This document shows positions 9,263-18,886 of a stretch of DNA of 64,000 nucleotides, one piece after another. The DNA is from Anaerohalosphaeraceae bacterium (GTDB taxonomy: Bacteria; Planctomycetota; Phycisphaerae; Sedimentisphaerales; Anaerohalosphaeraceae), in assembly GCA_050309605.1 (NCBI GenBank), contig JBNRMN010000092.1, positions 1 to 64,000 on the forward strand, in the 5' to 3' direction. The notes beneath the pieces are model-generated. The model did not search any database. It was not told where the DNA came from and worked only from the letters and a program-made list of their open reading frames with translations. Within the stretch, counting starts at the first letter, position 1; each line of letters starts with the position of its first letter. A program made the position numbers and the translations under genes.

Positions 9263-10201
9263 TCAGGTTCGTGCCTTGGCCAGTTCCATTTTGGCGTCGA
9301 TGGCGGCCTGCTCAATGCATTTTTCCCAATCGTCGCCGAACTGCTCGGTATATTTCGGGTTGTCGTAGGCGTAGATAATCGAGCGCGAGGCGTTAACCAG
9401 CACGCCCATTCCGTTTTTATCGGCAAATCGAAGGCACTCGGCCGCGCCGGCGCCCTGCGCACCGAAGCCGGGCACAAGGAACCAGCACTTCGGGTAACGC
9501 TGCCGCAGGACAATGGTCTGTTCGGGGCTGGTGCCGCCGACAATCATTCCGACATTGCTGTAGCCTTGTTGGCCAAGTCGTTTAGGTTGGGACGCAATCT
9601 CGCCGACAACCTCGGCGATTTTTTCATACATCCTGACGCCGGCCGCGTCGGCAAAGTCCTGAACCGCTCCGGCAGTCGGATTGCTGGCCCGCACCCACAC
9701 AAAAACGCCCTTGCCCTGGTCGTTGGCCACGTCGGCAAAGGGGACGATCCCCTCGGCCCCGGCAAACCCGTTGATGGTCACGGCGTCAGGCGAGATAATG
9801 TCTTCCATCCCCACGAATTCGGGGTTTTGCAGGTGGGCTTCGGCATAGCACTGGGCGGTATGGCCGATGTCGCCGCGTTTGACATCGCCGATGATCTCGA
9901 CACCCTGAGCCTCGGCCTCGCTGACCAGGGCATAATACGTCTCAATGCCTTCCCAGAAGTAGCGTTCAAAATAACCAATATTGATTTTGACCGCCGGCAC
10001 CAGCGGGGCGACGATTTTGACGACCTTGGCGCTGAACTCAAACAGTGCGTCAACCTCGACGGCAAGGTCTTTCTGGCGGCTCTTTTGCCGGGCGCGAATG
10101 GCCTGCGGCAACCGGGCATAGACCGGATCAATGCCGACAATCAACGGTGTATTTTTCTTTTGTACCGCCTCGCAAAGGCGATCAGCAAAATGGCTGGCCA
10201 C
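9263..10201 (-). CDS. pyrF: Orotidine-5'-phosphate decarboxylase (subfamily 2)
   Basis: Motifs VGIDP, DVKRGDIGHT, VRASNP, LVPGFGAQG, VNASRSI. GTG start after AAAGGA. Confidence 0.95.
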   Translation of the reverse strand: MASHFADRLCEAVQKKNTPLIVGIDPVYARLPQAIRARQKSRQKDLAVEVDALFEFSAKVVKIVAPLVPAVKINIGYFERYFWEGIETYYALVSEAEAQGVEIIGDVKRGDIGHTAQCYAEAHLQNPEFVGMEDIISPDAVTINGFAGAEGIVPFADVANDQGKGVFVWVRASNPTAGAVQDFADAAGVRMYEKIAEVVGEIASQPKRLGQQGYSNVGMIVGGTSPEQTIVLRQRYPKCWFLVPGFGAQGAGAAECLRFADKNGMGVLVNASRSIIYAYDNPKYTEQFGDDWEKCIEQAAIDAKMELAKART

Positions 10202-10311
10202 GATATATCCTTTCTGACAGATAAAATTCGAAATTCCGGGTTCCAATATAAAGGGGTTTCACTATAATCGCAAACACAGCGGCGGGCAAGAAACAAATCG
10301 AGATTGTTCGT

Positions 10312-11010
10312 ATGAAGCATAAAAAAACCCATTCTGCGGAATCTAAGTCAAGGCGAACAAGAAACATAGCGATTGCCCTGGCCGGTGGCCTGCTGGCGTT
10401 GGCGGCCGGCTGGGTGATGCTAAGGTTTTCGCCGCGGGCATACCAGCCCCTGCCGACCGAAAATCCCGAACAGGTCAGCCCCTATCTGACCCATCAGCTC
10501 GGGCCGGATTTCTATAATCAGGTCCAGCTCAATGAGCCGTTTGATCTGGTCATCGAGCAGGCGGGCTTAAATGATATGCTCGGTCGCAACGGCTGGCCGC
10601 AGCGGTTTGGCGAGGTGACTGTTTTCAGGCCGGTTGTTGTGTTTGACAAGGATCTTATTTATTTGATGAGCCGGATCGAGGTGTACGGTTTCTCGTCTGT
10701 GCTGACCCTCGCCGCCCGACCGCAGATGGATGCGCGGGGGTATGTAAATTTTAATATTCGCTCGGTGCGGCTGGGGCTGGTGCCGATTACGACGATTGCC
10801 GCCCGTGTGGCCGAAAAGGCCGTTGCCGACAGCGCGGCGGAGTTCCAGGACTGGCCGGATCTGGAGGCCATGTTCAAGGCAATCGTCACCAATACCTTTT
10901 TTGAGCCAACCTTTGACTTCGGCAAGCAGCGGATCGGGCTGCGAAGTTTTTCCCTTGAGCCGGGCCTCTTGCGGCTGCATCTGGTGCCGAAAACCAAAGC
11001 CGCACAATAA
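10312..11010 (+). CDS. Hypothetical membrane-anchored protein
   Basis: Basic N-terminus, one TM helix, then a soluble domain; 232 aa. Confidence 0.75.
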   Translation: MKHKKTHSAESKSRRTRNIAIALAGGLLALAAGWVMLRFSPRAYQPLPTENPEQVSPYLTHQLGPDFYNQVQLNEPFDLVIEQAGLNDMLGRNGWPQRFGEVTVFRPVVVFDKDLIYLMSRIEVYGFSSVLTLAARPQMDARGYVNFNIRSVRLGLVPITTIAARVAEKAVADSAAEFQDWPDLEAMFKAIVTNTFFEPTFDFGKQRIGLRSFSLEPGLLRLHLVPKTKAAQ

Positions 11011-11020
11011 CGCGCCCCCC

Positions 11021-11193
11021 CAGCGCGCGCAACAGCGCGGACAATAGCGCGGACAACAGCGCGGCGGCGCAAGCCGCCCGATAGGGATGCGGATAAATGG
11101 GACGTTTTCCAAGACGCCACAGGATCCGGCGGCTCGCGCCGCTCGGCTATTGTTACGTATCGCCATCCGGCCGCTTGCGCGGCTCGGCTAATG
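11021..11193 (+). repeat. Family A palindromic unit
   Basis: cagcgcgg-acaa 12/13-mers, ggcggc-gcaa-gccgcc, spacer, ccggcggctcgcgccgctcggct. Confidence 0.9.
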
Positions 11194-11198
11194 TAAAC

Positions 11199-11242
11199 TC
11201 TCCCCCTGTTAAGGGGGAGTACCCCGAAGGGGGGAGGGGGTA
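11199..11242. repeat. Family C short double-hairpin element
   Basis: tccccctgttaagggggag-taccccgaaggggggagggggta; a reverse-complement copy lies at 13491. Confidence 0.8.
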
Positions 11243-11282
11243 AAAAACAAGAACAATTCGACTCGGCCTGAAGGGTCAATAA

Positions 11283-11463
11283 CGCCCTGAAAGGGCAATG
11301 ATACCTTAGCCCAGCCCAACGGGCTGGGTTATGAGGTCGCCGGCCGCCGGTCGCCCTGTAAGGGCAATATAGGCTGCTCTTTCAGAGCGTCGAGGCGTAT
11401 GGCGTATGGCCGACCTAACCCAGGGTGTTGCCCTGGGCTGGGGTATGCTGCCCCTTCGGGGCG
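11283..11463. repeat. Family B REPIN/MITE-like element with ~30-bp imperfect terminal inverted repeats
   Basis: Left end cgccctgaaagggcaatgataccttagccca; right end tgggctggggtatgctgccccttcggggcg. Internal hairpins include cccagggtgttgccctggg. Related copy at 33809. Confidence 0.8.
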
Positions 11464-11464
11464 A

Positions 11465-11757
11465 CACCAGCGCGACACAACAGCGCGGACAATAGCGCGG
11501 ACAACAGCGCGGCGGCGCAAGCCGCCCGATAGGGGGATGCGGATAGATGGGGCGTTTTGCATGTCGCCACAGGATCCGGCCGCTCGCGCGGCTCGGCTAT
11601 TGTAAACACCAGCGCGGCACAACAGCGCGGCGGCGCAAGCCGCCCGATAGGGATGCGGATAGATGGGGCGTTTTCCAAGACGCGACAGGATCCGGCCGCT
11701 CGCGCGGCTCGGCTATTGTTACGTATCGCCATCCGGCTCACTTGCGCGGCTCGGCTT
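11465..11757 (+). repeat. Two tandem family A units
   Basis: Same arms and spacer as the unit at 11021-11193. Confidence 0.9.
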
Positions 11758-11765
11758 TGAACGGG

Positions 11766-12797
11766 CTAATCGGCGACATACGCCGCGGCGCCTGAGGTTT
11801 TCAACAGTTGCTTCGGCCGTTCGGCGGGTATCAGAATCGCCTCGACCTGGTCAATGGTTTCAATCAGAGCCAGGCCTTTTTCGGGGCCGAGTACGCTGAC
11901 CGCAGTCGCCAGGGCGTCGGCCTGCATCGCCGACGGGGCAATCACGGTCACACTGGATAAACCCTCGGCCGTCTCGGCCGCGGCGGGATTGACGATATGG
12001 CTGTATTTTCGGTCATTGACGACCACAAACCGCCGATAATCGCCGCTGGTGGCCGCGGCCCGATTGTCAAGCCGCAGCCGCAGCAGATAGGTCTGCTCAT
12101 CGTCCGGATCCTGCAAGCCGATGAACCAATGCGGCTGCCGGCCGACGGCTCGTCCGAAACAGGCCAGATCGCCGCCGATATCCACCATCCCGCCAATCGC
12201 CCCGGCCCGCTGCATGGCCTCGACGGCCTTGTCGATGGCGTATCCTTTGGCGATGCCGCCCACGTCCAGCAGCATCCCTTCGACGGCAAAGCGAACGGTT
12301 CGCTTTTCGTCATCCAGCAGCAGATGGCGGCTGCCGACCTTTGCGCGGACCTGTTCGATGGCCTCACGGTCGGGGGTGTTTCCGGTTTGCCGGGCATCGC
12401 GCCAAAGCTGAACGACCGGCCCGACGGTAATATCAAACGCCCCATCGGACAAACGGCTGTACTCTGCGGCGGCTGAGAGTACCTCAAACAACTCGGCATC
12501 CACCGCTACCGGTTCGAAGAACGCCCGCCGATTGACCTCGCAAAGCTGCGAATTCGGGTCATAATCGCTCATCATCGCTTCAATGCGGTCAAGCGTCGCA
12601 AACGCCGCCTCGACGCACGCCTCGGCGGCCTGTTTATCGGACGCCGCGACCAGCACCCGCGCAAACGTCCCCATCGTCATCCGAAAGCCGCTGTCCAGCT
12701 CGACGCTCCGCCCGCGCTGTGCCTGCCAGAACAGCAGAATGATAATCATCACGCCGGTGATCGTCTGAAGCCAGAGATTGCGTGTGGATTGTTTCAT
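11766..12797 (-). CDS. apbE: FAD:protein FMN transferase
   Basis: Motifs MTMGT, GAFDITVGP, DVGGIAKGYAID, ATSGDYRRF, ADALATA. Confidence 0.95.
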   Translation of the reverse strand: MKQSTRNLWLQTITGVMIIILLFWQAQRGRSVELDSGFRMTMGTFARVLVAASDKQAAEACVEAAFATLDRIEAMMSDYDPNSQLCEVNRRAFFEPVAVDAELFEVLSAAAEYSRLSDGAFDITVGPVVQLWRDARQTGNTPDREAIEQVRAKVGSRHLLLDDEKRTVRFAVEGMLLDVGGIAKGYAIDKAVEAMQRAGAIGGMVDIGGDLACFGRAVGRQPHWFIGLQDPDDEQTYLLRLRLDNRAAATSGDYRRFVVVNDRKYSHIVNPAAAETAEGLSSVTVIAPSAMQADALATAVSVLGPEKGLALIETIDQVEAILIPAERPKQLLKTSGAAAYVAD

Positions 12798-12843
12798 AAA
12801 TTTATCTTCATATTGGGTTTATGTTTTGTGTATAATGCCGGTT

Positions 12844-14643
12844 ATGATACACCAAACCATCAGCGATGTAAAGGATCGAGTGGACCGGGAGCTGCTGCCC
12901 TATGTGCGAAAGCCCGGACGCTATATCGGCGGCGAGATGAATCAGGTCAACAAAGCCCTGAACGCCTGTCGGGTGCGGCTGGCCTTGTGCTTTCCGGATA
13001 GTTACGAAATCGCCATGAGCCATACCGGGCTGGCGATTTTGTATGAGGCAGTCAATCGTGTGGACCGATGGGCCGCCGAGCGGGTCTTTGCGCCGTGGAC
13101 GGATGCCGAGGCGGTGATGCGGGACAAGGGGCTGCCGTTGTTTTCGCTGGAGTCGTGCGCGCCGGTTGGTGAGTTTGACCTGGTCGGTTTCAGCCTGACC
13201 AACGAATTGTGCTATACAAACTTTTTGAATATGCTCGATTTGGCGGGCCTGAAGGTGCGTTCAGCGCAGCGAACCGAGGACGATCCGATTGTCATCGTCG
13301 GCGGACAGGCGGCCAATTACGCCGAGCCGCTGGCGGCCTTTGCCGATCTGTTTATGCTCGGCGAAGGCGAAGAGGCGCTGGTCCGTGTGCTGACGCTCTA
13401 TGAGCAAATACAAGCCGACGGCGGCGATAAAGAGACATTTTTGCTGGAAGCGGCCCGCCGGTTTTCGTTTGTCTATGTGCCGAGGTTTTATACCCCCTCC
13501 CCCCTTCGGGGTACTGCCCCTGGTCAGGAGCAGAATTGGGTAACACCGAAGGTTGAGGGCGTGCCGGTGCGATTTGAAAATGCCGTGGTCAGCGATTTTG
13601 AAAACGCCGTCGTGCCGAGCCGACCGGTCGTGCCGTTTGTGCAGGCGGTTCACGAACGCATCAGCGTGGAGATTATGCGGGGCTGTCCGGGGCGATGCCG
13701 ATTTTGTCAGGCCAGCTTTTGCCGTCGGCCCGTTCGCTATCGCAGCCCTGACCGCATCCTTGAGATTGCCAAGGCCCACTATGAACAGACCGGCTATGAC
13801 ACCGTCAGCCTGCTGAGCCTTTCCACCGCCGATTATCCCTATCTGGATGAACTACTGGACAAGCTCAGCCAGTCCTTTGAGCCGCTGCATGTCGGGGTAT
13901 CCGTGCCGAGCCTGAAGGTGCAAAAACAACTGGAACTGCTGCCGAAAATGGTCGCCGGCGTTCGCAAAAGCGGACTGACGATTGCTGTGGAGGCTGCCAG
14001 TGAAACGCTTCGAAAACGGATCAACAAGCCCATCGCTGACGCCGATTTGTTCGCGGCGGTGCGGGCGGCCTACCACGAGGGGTTTCGCCGCGTCAAGCTG
14101 TATTTTATGGTCGGCTTTCCCGGCGAAACCGAGGCGGATATTGCGGCGATGGTGGATTTGTCGTACCATATCGCCCGGCTGCGCAAAGAGGTGGACGGCC
14201 ATTTGGCCTCAGTCAACGCCGCAGTCAGTTGGCTGGTGCCCAAGCCGCACACCCCGTTCGGCTGGCTGGGACAAAAAGACGCGGCGTATTTCGAAAACGC
14301 CCGTGCGATTATCCTCAACCGCAAACGCGAACTGAACGCCCGTGCGGTGCAGTTTAAGTTTCATCGCATCGAACGCAGTGTGCTCGAATCGGCCCTCGGA
14401 CGCGGCGACCGGCGGTTGGCGGAGGTAATCGAGCTTGCCTGGAAAAACGGCGCGCGATTTGATCTGTGGGATGAAACGTTTGACTTTGCACTCTGGCAGC
14501 GGGCCTTTGAGGCCGTCGGTCTGGATGTCCACGCCGCGGCGCAACACACGTTCACGCCCGGCCAGATCCTGCCGTGGGCGCATCTGGGCGGCCCGAAGGA
14601 AGAAACGCTGCGAAGACACTATGATGAAGCGATGAGAAGTTAA
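12844..14643 (+). CDS. TIGR03960-like B12-binding radical SAM protein
   Basis: Motifs KPGRYIGGE, FPDSYEIAMSH, EIMRGCPGRCRFCQA (CxxxCxxC), KLYFMVG, PKPHTPF. Start could also be 12835. Confidence 0.88.
   Translation: MIHQTISDVKDRVDRELLPYVRKPGRYIGGEMNQVNKALNACRVRLALCFPDSYEIAMSHTGLAILYEAVNRVDRWAAERVFAPWTDAEAVMRDKGLPLFSLESCAPVGEFDLVGFSLTNELCYTNFLNMLDLAGLKVRSAQRTEDDPIVIVGGQAANYAEPLAAFADLFMLGEGEEALVRVLTLYEQIQADGGDKETFLLEAARRFSFVYVPRFYTPSPLRGTAPGQEQNWVTPKVEGVPVRFENAVVSDFENAVVPSRPVVPFVQAVHERISVEIMRGCPGRCRFCQASFCRRPVRYRSPDRILEIAKAHYEQTGYDTVSLLSLSTADYPYLDELLDKLSQSFEPLHVGVSVPSLKVQKQLELLPKMVAGVRKSGLTIAVEAASETLRKRINKPIADADLFAAVRAAYHEGFRRVKLYFMVGFPGETEADIAAMVDLSYHIARLRKEVDGHLASVNAAVSWLVPKPHTPFGWLGQKDAAYFENARAIILNRKRELNARAVQFKFHRIERSVLESALGRGDRRLAEVIELAWKNGARFDLWDETFDFALWQRAFEAVGLDVHAAAQHTFTPGQILPWAHLGGPKEETLRRHYDEAMRS
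13491..13534. repeat. Family C element inside the coding sequence, in frame
   Basis: taccccctccccccttcggggtact is the 25/25 reverse complement of 11218-11242. Confidence 0.8.
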
Positions 14644-14674
14644 AAACACAAAAACCCATAAACTACGAACTCAA

Positions 14675-15781
14675 TTGAGCCGACAACAGAACACAATTCG
14701 CGTCTGTTTTGTCTCGCCCAAGGCGTACCCGATTTTCAACCCGCAGGTTGAGGCGGTCTTCGGCGGGGCGGAGGTCGATTTGTATTTGATCGCGACCGAA
14801 CTGGCCAAAGACCAGCGGTTTGAGCCGGTATTCGTTACAGCCGATTACGGGCAGGACAACATAGAAACCCGACAGGGCGTGCGGCTGATCAAAAGCCTTG
14901 ATTTTTCACAAAACCCCCTCATCGGCGCACGAAAAATCTGGAACGCCCTGAAACAGGCCGACGCGGCCATCTATCTGCTGAAAACCGCCTCGCCGGGCGT
15001 GCCGCTGGTGCAGCATTTCTGCCGCACATACCGACGCCGTTTTGTTTATAAGACCGCCAGTCAGGCCGAATGCGACGGCGGCTATCTCCGAGAGCATCCC
15101 GTGCTGGGGCGGCTGTTTATTCGCTCGCTCAGACAGGCCGCACAGGTCATCGTTCAGAGCAGCCGGGATCACGATAATCTAAGGCGTTATTACGGCATCG
15201 ACTCTGTCATCATTCCGAACGGCCATCGCCTGTCCGATGTCTCCGTCGCGGAAAAGAAAACGACCCTCTGGGTCGGACGCAGCGCCGCGGTCAAGGGGCC
15301 GCAACGATTTTTGGATCTGGCCGCGGCCTTCCCGCAGGAACCGTTCGTGATGGTTTGTCCGCGGGCCACCGGCGACTTGGCCTATGACCGACTGCGACAG
15401 CGGGCGGGGCAATTGCCGAACCTGACCTTTTATGAGCACGTCGGTTTTGCTGAGATTGAACACGTCTTTGCCGAGGCGAAGGTGCTGGTCAACACCTCCG
15501 ACAGCGAAGGCTTTCCCAACACTTTCATCCAGGCCGGCAAGGCCGCCGCCGCGATCCTGAGCTTCAAGGTCAATCCCGATGACGTCCTGACCCGGCATGA
15601 CATCGGTCTGTGCGGCGACGGCACACCCGATACGCTGGCATTGAATCTGCGCCGGCTGCTGACCGATGACCGCTGGAAGGAACCGGCACAAAACGGACTG
15701 GCGTATGTCCGACGGCATCATGCCATCGAGACCCTCATCGATTCCTATAAACAGCTATTTGTCCGATTGACGGGAGAATGA
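14675..15781 (+). CDS. Glycosyltransferase family 4
   Basis: GGAE near the N-terminus; NTSDSEGFPNTFIQA. TTG start uncertain. Confidence 0.88.
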   Translation: MSRQQNTIRVCFVSPKAYPIFNPQVEAVFGGAEVDLYLIATELAKDQRFEPVFVTADYGQDNIETRQGVRLIKSLDFSQNPLIGARKIWNALKQADAAIYLLKTASPGVPLVQHFCRTYRRRFVYKTASQAECDGGYLREHPVLGRLFIRSLRQAAQVIVQSSRDHDNLRRYYGIDSVIIPNGHRLSDVSVAEKKTTLWVGRSAAVKGPQRFLDLAAAFPQEPFVMVCPRATGDLAYDRLRQRAGQLPNLTFYEHVGFAEIEHVFAEAKVLVNTSDSEGFPNTFIQAGKAAAAILSFKVNPDDVLTRHDIGLCGDGTPDTLALNLRRLLTDDRWKEPAQNGLAYVRRHHAIETLIDSYKQLFVRLTGE

Positions 15782-16887
15782 CGTTGACGATTCGTGTGCT
15801 GCATATCATCGGAAGCCTCAGGCTCGGCGGGGCGCAGGTGTGCCTCAAGCAGATCGTCGAGCATAATGAGGACCCAGACATTGAGCATTCCATTTATCCC
15901 CTGCGTCCTGACCAGGTCGATATCCCCATCGACGGCCGGATCATCCATCGACCGTATGTCCCTTATGATCTGCGCAAGTTTCTTGCCATCCTGAACATCT
16001 GTCGCGACCAGCACATCGACATCATCCACGCCCATCTGCACAAACCCATCCTCGGCGCCCTGCTGGCCACGTTCTTTTGCAATGTCAAAGTCATCGTCCA
16101 CGAACACGGCTCCATCGCACGACCGGGAATCCAATACGCCCTTTATCGACGGCTGCTTAGGCTGCTCAAAAAACGGGCCGCTTTGTTCATTGCCGTCTCA
16201 AATGCCGCCGCGGAACAATTGACGCAATTTGCCGGAGTGGATCCAGACAAGATTATGGTGATTTATAATGCCGTTGACAGAACACAATTTTCACCCAATC
16301 CTGAACTTCGCCGGCGGTTGCGTGCGGAACTTGGCATCAAAGCCGATACCGTAGCGGTAGGGTTTCTCGGCAGGCTGTCCTATGTCAAAGGGCCGGATAT
16401 TCTATTGGACGCCTTCGGCCTTCTCAAAAACAAATATCCCGATTGTGTGCTGGTTTTTTTGGGCGACGGCGAAATGAAAGACCGTTTGATTGCCAAAGCG
16501 GTCAAACTCGGCATAGACAGCCAGGTAAAATTTATCGGCTTTAAGAAAAATGTACAAGATTATATAAACCTGTTTGATGTTGCCTGTATTCCCTCACGAC
16601 AGGAATCGTTCGGGATCGCTGCGATTGAACTGATGAGCCTCAAAATTCCTGTGGTTTCGAATAATGTGTACGGGCTGGCTGAAATTGTCAGCGACAACGA
16701 CAATGCGCTCGTGCCGAAAACCAACACGCCCGCGGACATCTGCGATTGTCTGTTAAGACTCATTAACGACCCGGCTTTGCGACAATCTCTGGCTCAAAGG
16801 GCGCTCCGGACAGCCCACCGGTTTGATGTCTGCCGTTTGGTCGCCGAGGTCAACGCGGCCTACCGCACAATCACACAAAAAGATTGA
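15778..16887 (+). CDS. Glycosyltransferase family 4
   Basis: Motifs LHIIGSLRLGGAQ, GRLSYVKG, PSRQESFGIAAIE. Overlaps the upstream gene by 4 nt. Confidence 0.92.
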   Translation: MTLTIRVLHIIGSLRLGGAQVCLKQIVEHNEDPDIEHSIYPLRPDQVDIPIDGRIIHRPYVPYDLRKFLAILNICRDQHIDIIHAHLHKPILGALLATFFCNVKVIVHEHGSIARPGIQYALYRRLLRLLKKRAALFIAVSNAAAEQLTQFAGVDPDKIMVIYNAVDRTQFSPNPELRRRLRAELGIKADTVAVGFLGRLSYVKGPDILLDAFGLLKNKYPDCVLVFLGDGEMKDRLIAKAVKLGIDSQVKFIGFKKNVQDYINLFDVACIPSRQESFGIAAIELMSLKIPVVSNNVYGLAEIVSDNDNALVPKTNTPADICDCLLRLINDPALRQSLAQRALRTAHRFDVCRLVAEVNAAYRTITQKD

Positions 16888-16954
16888 CGCGCAAGACGTT
16901 TTGTGATAGACTACATAGCAGAATGAGTCGAACATAAATAGGGAAGGACAGAAT

Positions 16955-17758
16955 ATGAAGCTGCGCCCGCAGCCATCGGGCAGCGATGGGTTTACGCTCA
17001 TTGAGCTGCTGACGGTCATCGCCGTGATTTCAACGCTTCTGGCCGTCGTCGTCCCGGCACTGAAGAACGCAAAACAAACAGCCCGGCAGGTTGTATGCGC
17101 CTCACAAATGAGACAATGGGCCACGGCCGCATTGGCCTACACCAATGAAAATCACAACACCCTCCCCGTGTACTCGGATGCGTGCGATACCACCAATAGC
17201 CAAAATGCTCTAAATCCTGAGGCGCTCTGGTATAATCGGCTGTCGGAGTATCTAACCAGGGAATATCAGGGAACATGGGGGATGCATTACGGTGTGCGGC
17301 GATGCCCCTCTGCAAGAGCAAACTGGGGCGATCAGGCCGTCTGGATAGGGGTATTTTTTGGAAAATACAATCCCAATAACGCCCCCTTCATTCAACCATT
17401 TCAATGGACAGGGTCTCAGTTGATTCGGATGAGTGACCCGGTAAAATTATCGTCGATTAAAGCCCCGGCCAATTATTTAATGCTGCTGGATGTTCGGCGG
17501 GATATTGTTTTTGATCCGATTTACTGGATGTGGGATACCGACTACGACGGCGACGGGATGAACGATTCGAGAAGCGGCGTCCTTGCCTCATCGACCTTAG
17601 GCCCGTACAATTCCGCTCAGCCCAGGATTCATCGGGGCGGCTGCAACGTGGCCTTGTTCGACGGACATGTCGAGTGGATTCATTATGACGCCTTCTGGCA
17701 GATCGCCCCCGACGGCTATCCGGTTCATCCTTACTGGTACAATAAGAATCGACCGTAA
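16955..17758 (+). CDS. Prepilin-type N-terminal cleavage/methylation domain protein with H-X9-DG C-terminal motif
   Basis: GFTLIELLTVIAVI at the N-terminus; HRGGCNVALFDGHVE near the C-terminus. Confidence 0.9.
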   Translation: MKLRPQPSGSDGFTLIELLTVIAVISTLLAVVVPALKNAKQTARQVVCASQMRQWATAALAYTNENHNTLPVYSDACDTTNSQNALNPEALWYNRLSEYLTREYQGTWGMHYGVRRCPSARANWGDQAVWIGVFFGKYNPNNAPFIQPFQWTGSQLIRMSDPVKLSSIKAPANYLMLLDVRRDIVFDPIYWMWDTDYDGDGMNDSRSGVLASSTLGPYNSAQPRIHRGGCNVALFDGHVEWIHYDAFWQIAPDGYPVHPYWYNKNRP

Positions 17759-17790
17759 CAAACCCCGCAGCCCATACCACCCCTATCGCG

Positions 17791-18804
17791 CTATGGGGTT
17801 CGTTTTCCGGGCGGCAGGACGACCCGTCGGCGGAGATTAAACCGGCGGACGATTTTCGAAAGCGTATGACAGCCCGCAGCCGTGGTATCGGGAAACGTCG
17901 TCAGCAGCCGCATCCAGAGCCGATACCACGCCGGAAACAGGAACCAAAATGCATTGAGAATCCGACGCATGTCCTCGGCCTGCGCATCAAAGAGCATACT
18001 CCGCAGCCAGCCGCGAAGCACCTGCGATGCCATTTTGCGGAAACTGTCCAGCCGTCCATATCGCTCGGCCAGGGTCAGATGGCGACCGATCAGCTCGATA
18101 TAATGGTCGGCATTGACGCGGCGTTTGGAGATGCTCTGCGGCACGGCAAGATGATAAATCGCCGTCGGCTCGGCGACGTAACCGGCCATCGGTTCCAGAT
18201 AGGCCACGCGCCACCACATATCCAGGTCGTTGGCCTTGGGCTGTTCTACACGGAACAATCCCGCCTCAAGCAGCACGGTCTTTCGAATCAGCATCGTGTC
18301 GGTATGCCCCCCCAGCCCGCGGCTGAAGGTCAGCAGATAATCCGGCGTGATCATCCCGTCGATGAGCCATTTTCGCGCCTTGTCCGGTCGGATATACGGC
18401 GCCTGCCGGTTCTCGGCGCAGGAGCATGTCAGGTAATTGCCCGTCACCCAGCCCAGATTCGGATACCGCTCCATAATCGCCGTTTGCAGGGCCAGCCTGG
18501 TCGGCAGCCATTGGTCGTCGGCGTCGAGCAAGGCGATCCATTCGCCCCGTGCGGCACGAATACCGGTATTGCGCGCCGCCGACGCACCGGCGTTGGCCTG
18601 TTCTATCAGCCGCACCTTATCGCCGTAAGACCGCACAATCCGGGACGTGCCGTCGGTTGAGCCGTCATCGACCACAATAATCTCCTCAGGCGGGCGCGTT
18701 TGAGCCAGCACGCTGTCAATCGCCCGCCCGATATGAGCGGCGATGTTATACGCCGGAATGACGACGCTGATGTCCAATTGATTGCCGGGGCCTAATGTGT
18801 TCAT
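17791..18804 (-). CDS. Glycosyltransferase family 2
   Basis: Motifs ISVVIPAYN, VVDDGSTD, LLDADD. Start trimmed to MNTLG. Confidence 0.92.
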   Translation of the reverse strand: MNTLGPGNQLDISVVIPAYNIAAHIGRAIDSVLAQTRPPEEIIVVDDGSTDGTSRIVRSYGDKVRLIEQANAGASAARNTGIRAARGEWIALLDADDQWLPTRLALQTAIMERYPNLGWVTGNYLTCSCAENRQAPYIRPDKARKWLIDGMITPDYLLTFSRGLGGHTDTMLIRKTVLLEAGLFRVEQPKANDLDMWWRVAYLEPMAGYVAEPTAIYHLAVPQSISKRRVNADHYIELIGRHLTLAERYGRLDSFRKMASQVLRGWLRSMLFDAQAEDMRRILNAFWFLFPAWYRLWMRLLTTFPDTTAAGCHTLSKIVRRFNLRRRVVLPPGKRTP

Positions 18805-18886
18805 ACTGTGATAAATTATAATCAGATGAATCGAAACACAAACAAAAAACCCGATTCGAACGGCACTGACAATTTGATACAGGCTA

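Noticed and set aside
10567..11899. Several short ORFs across the intergenic mosaic
   Set aside because: They derive from repeats, overlap each other on both strands and show no transposase motifs.
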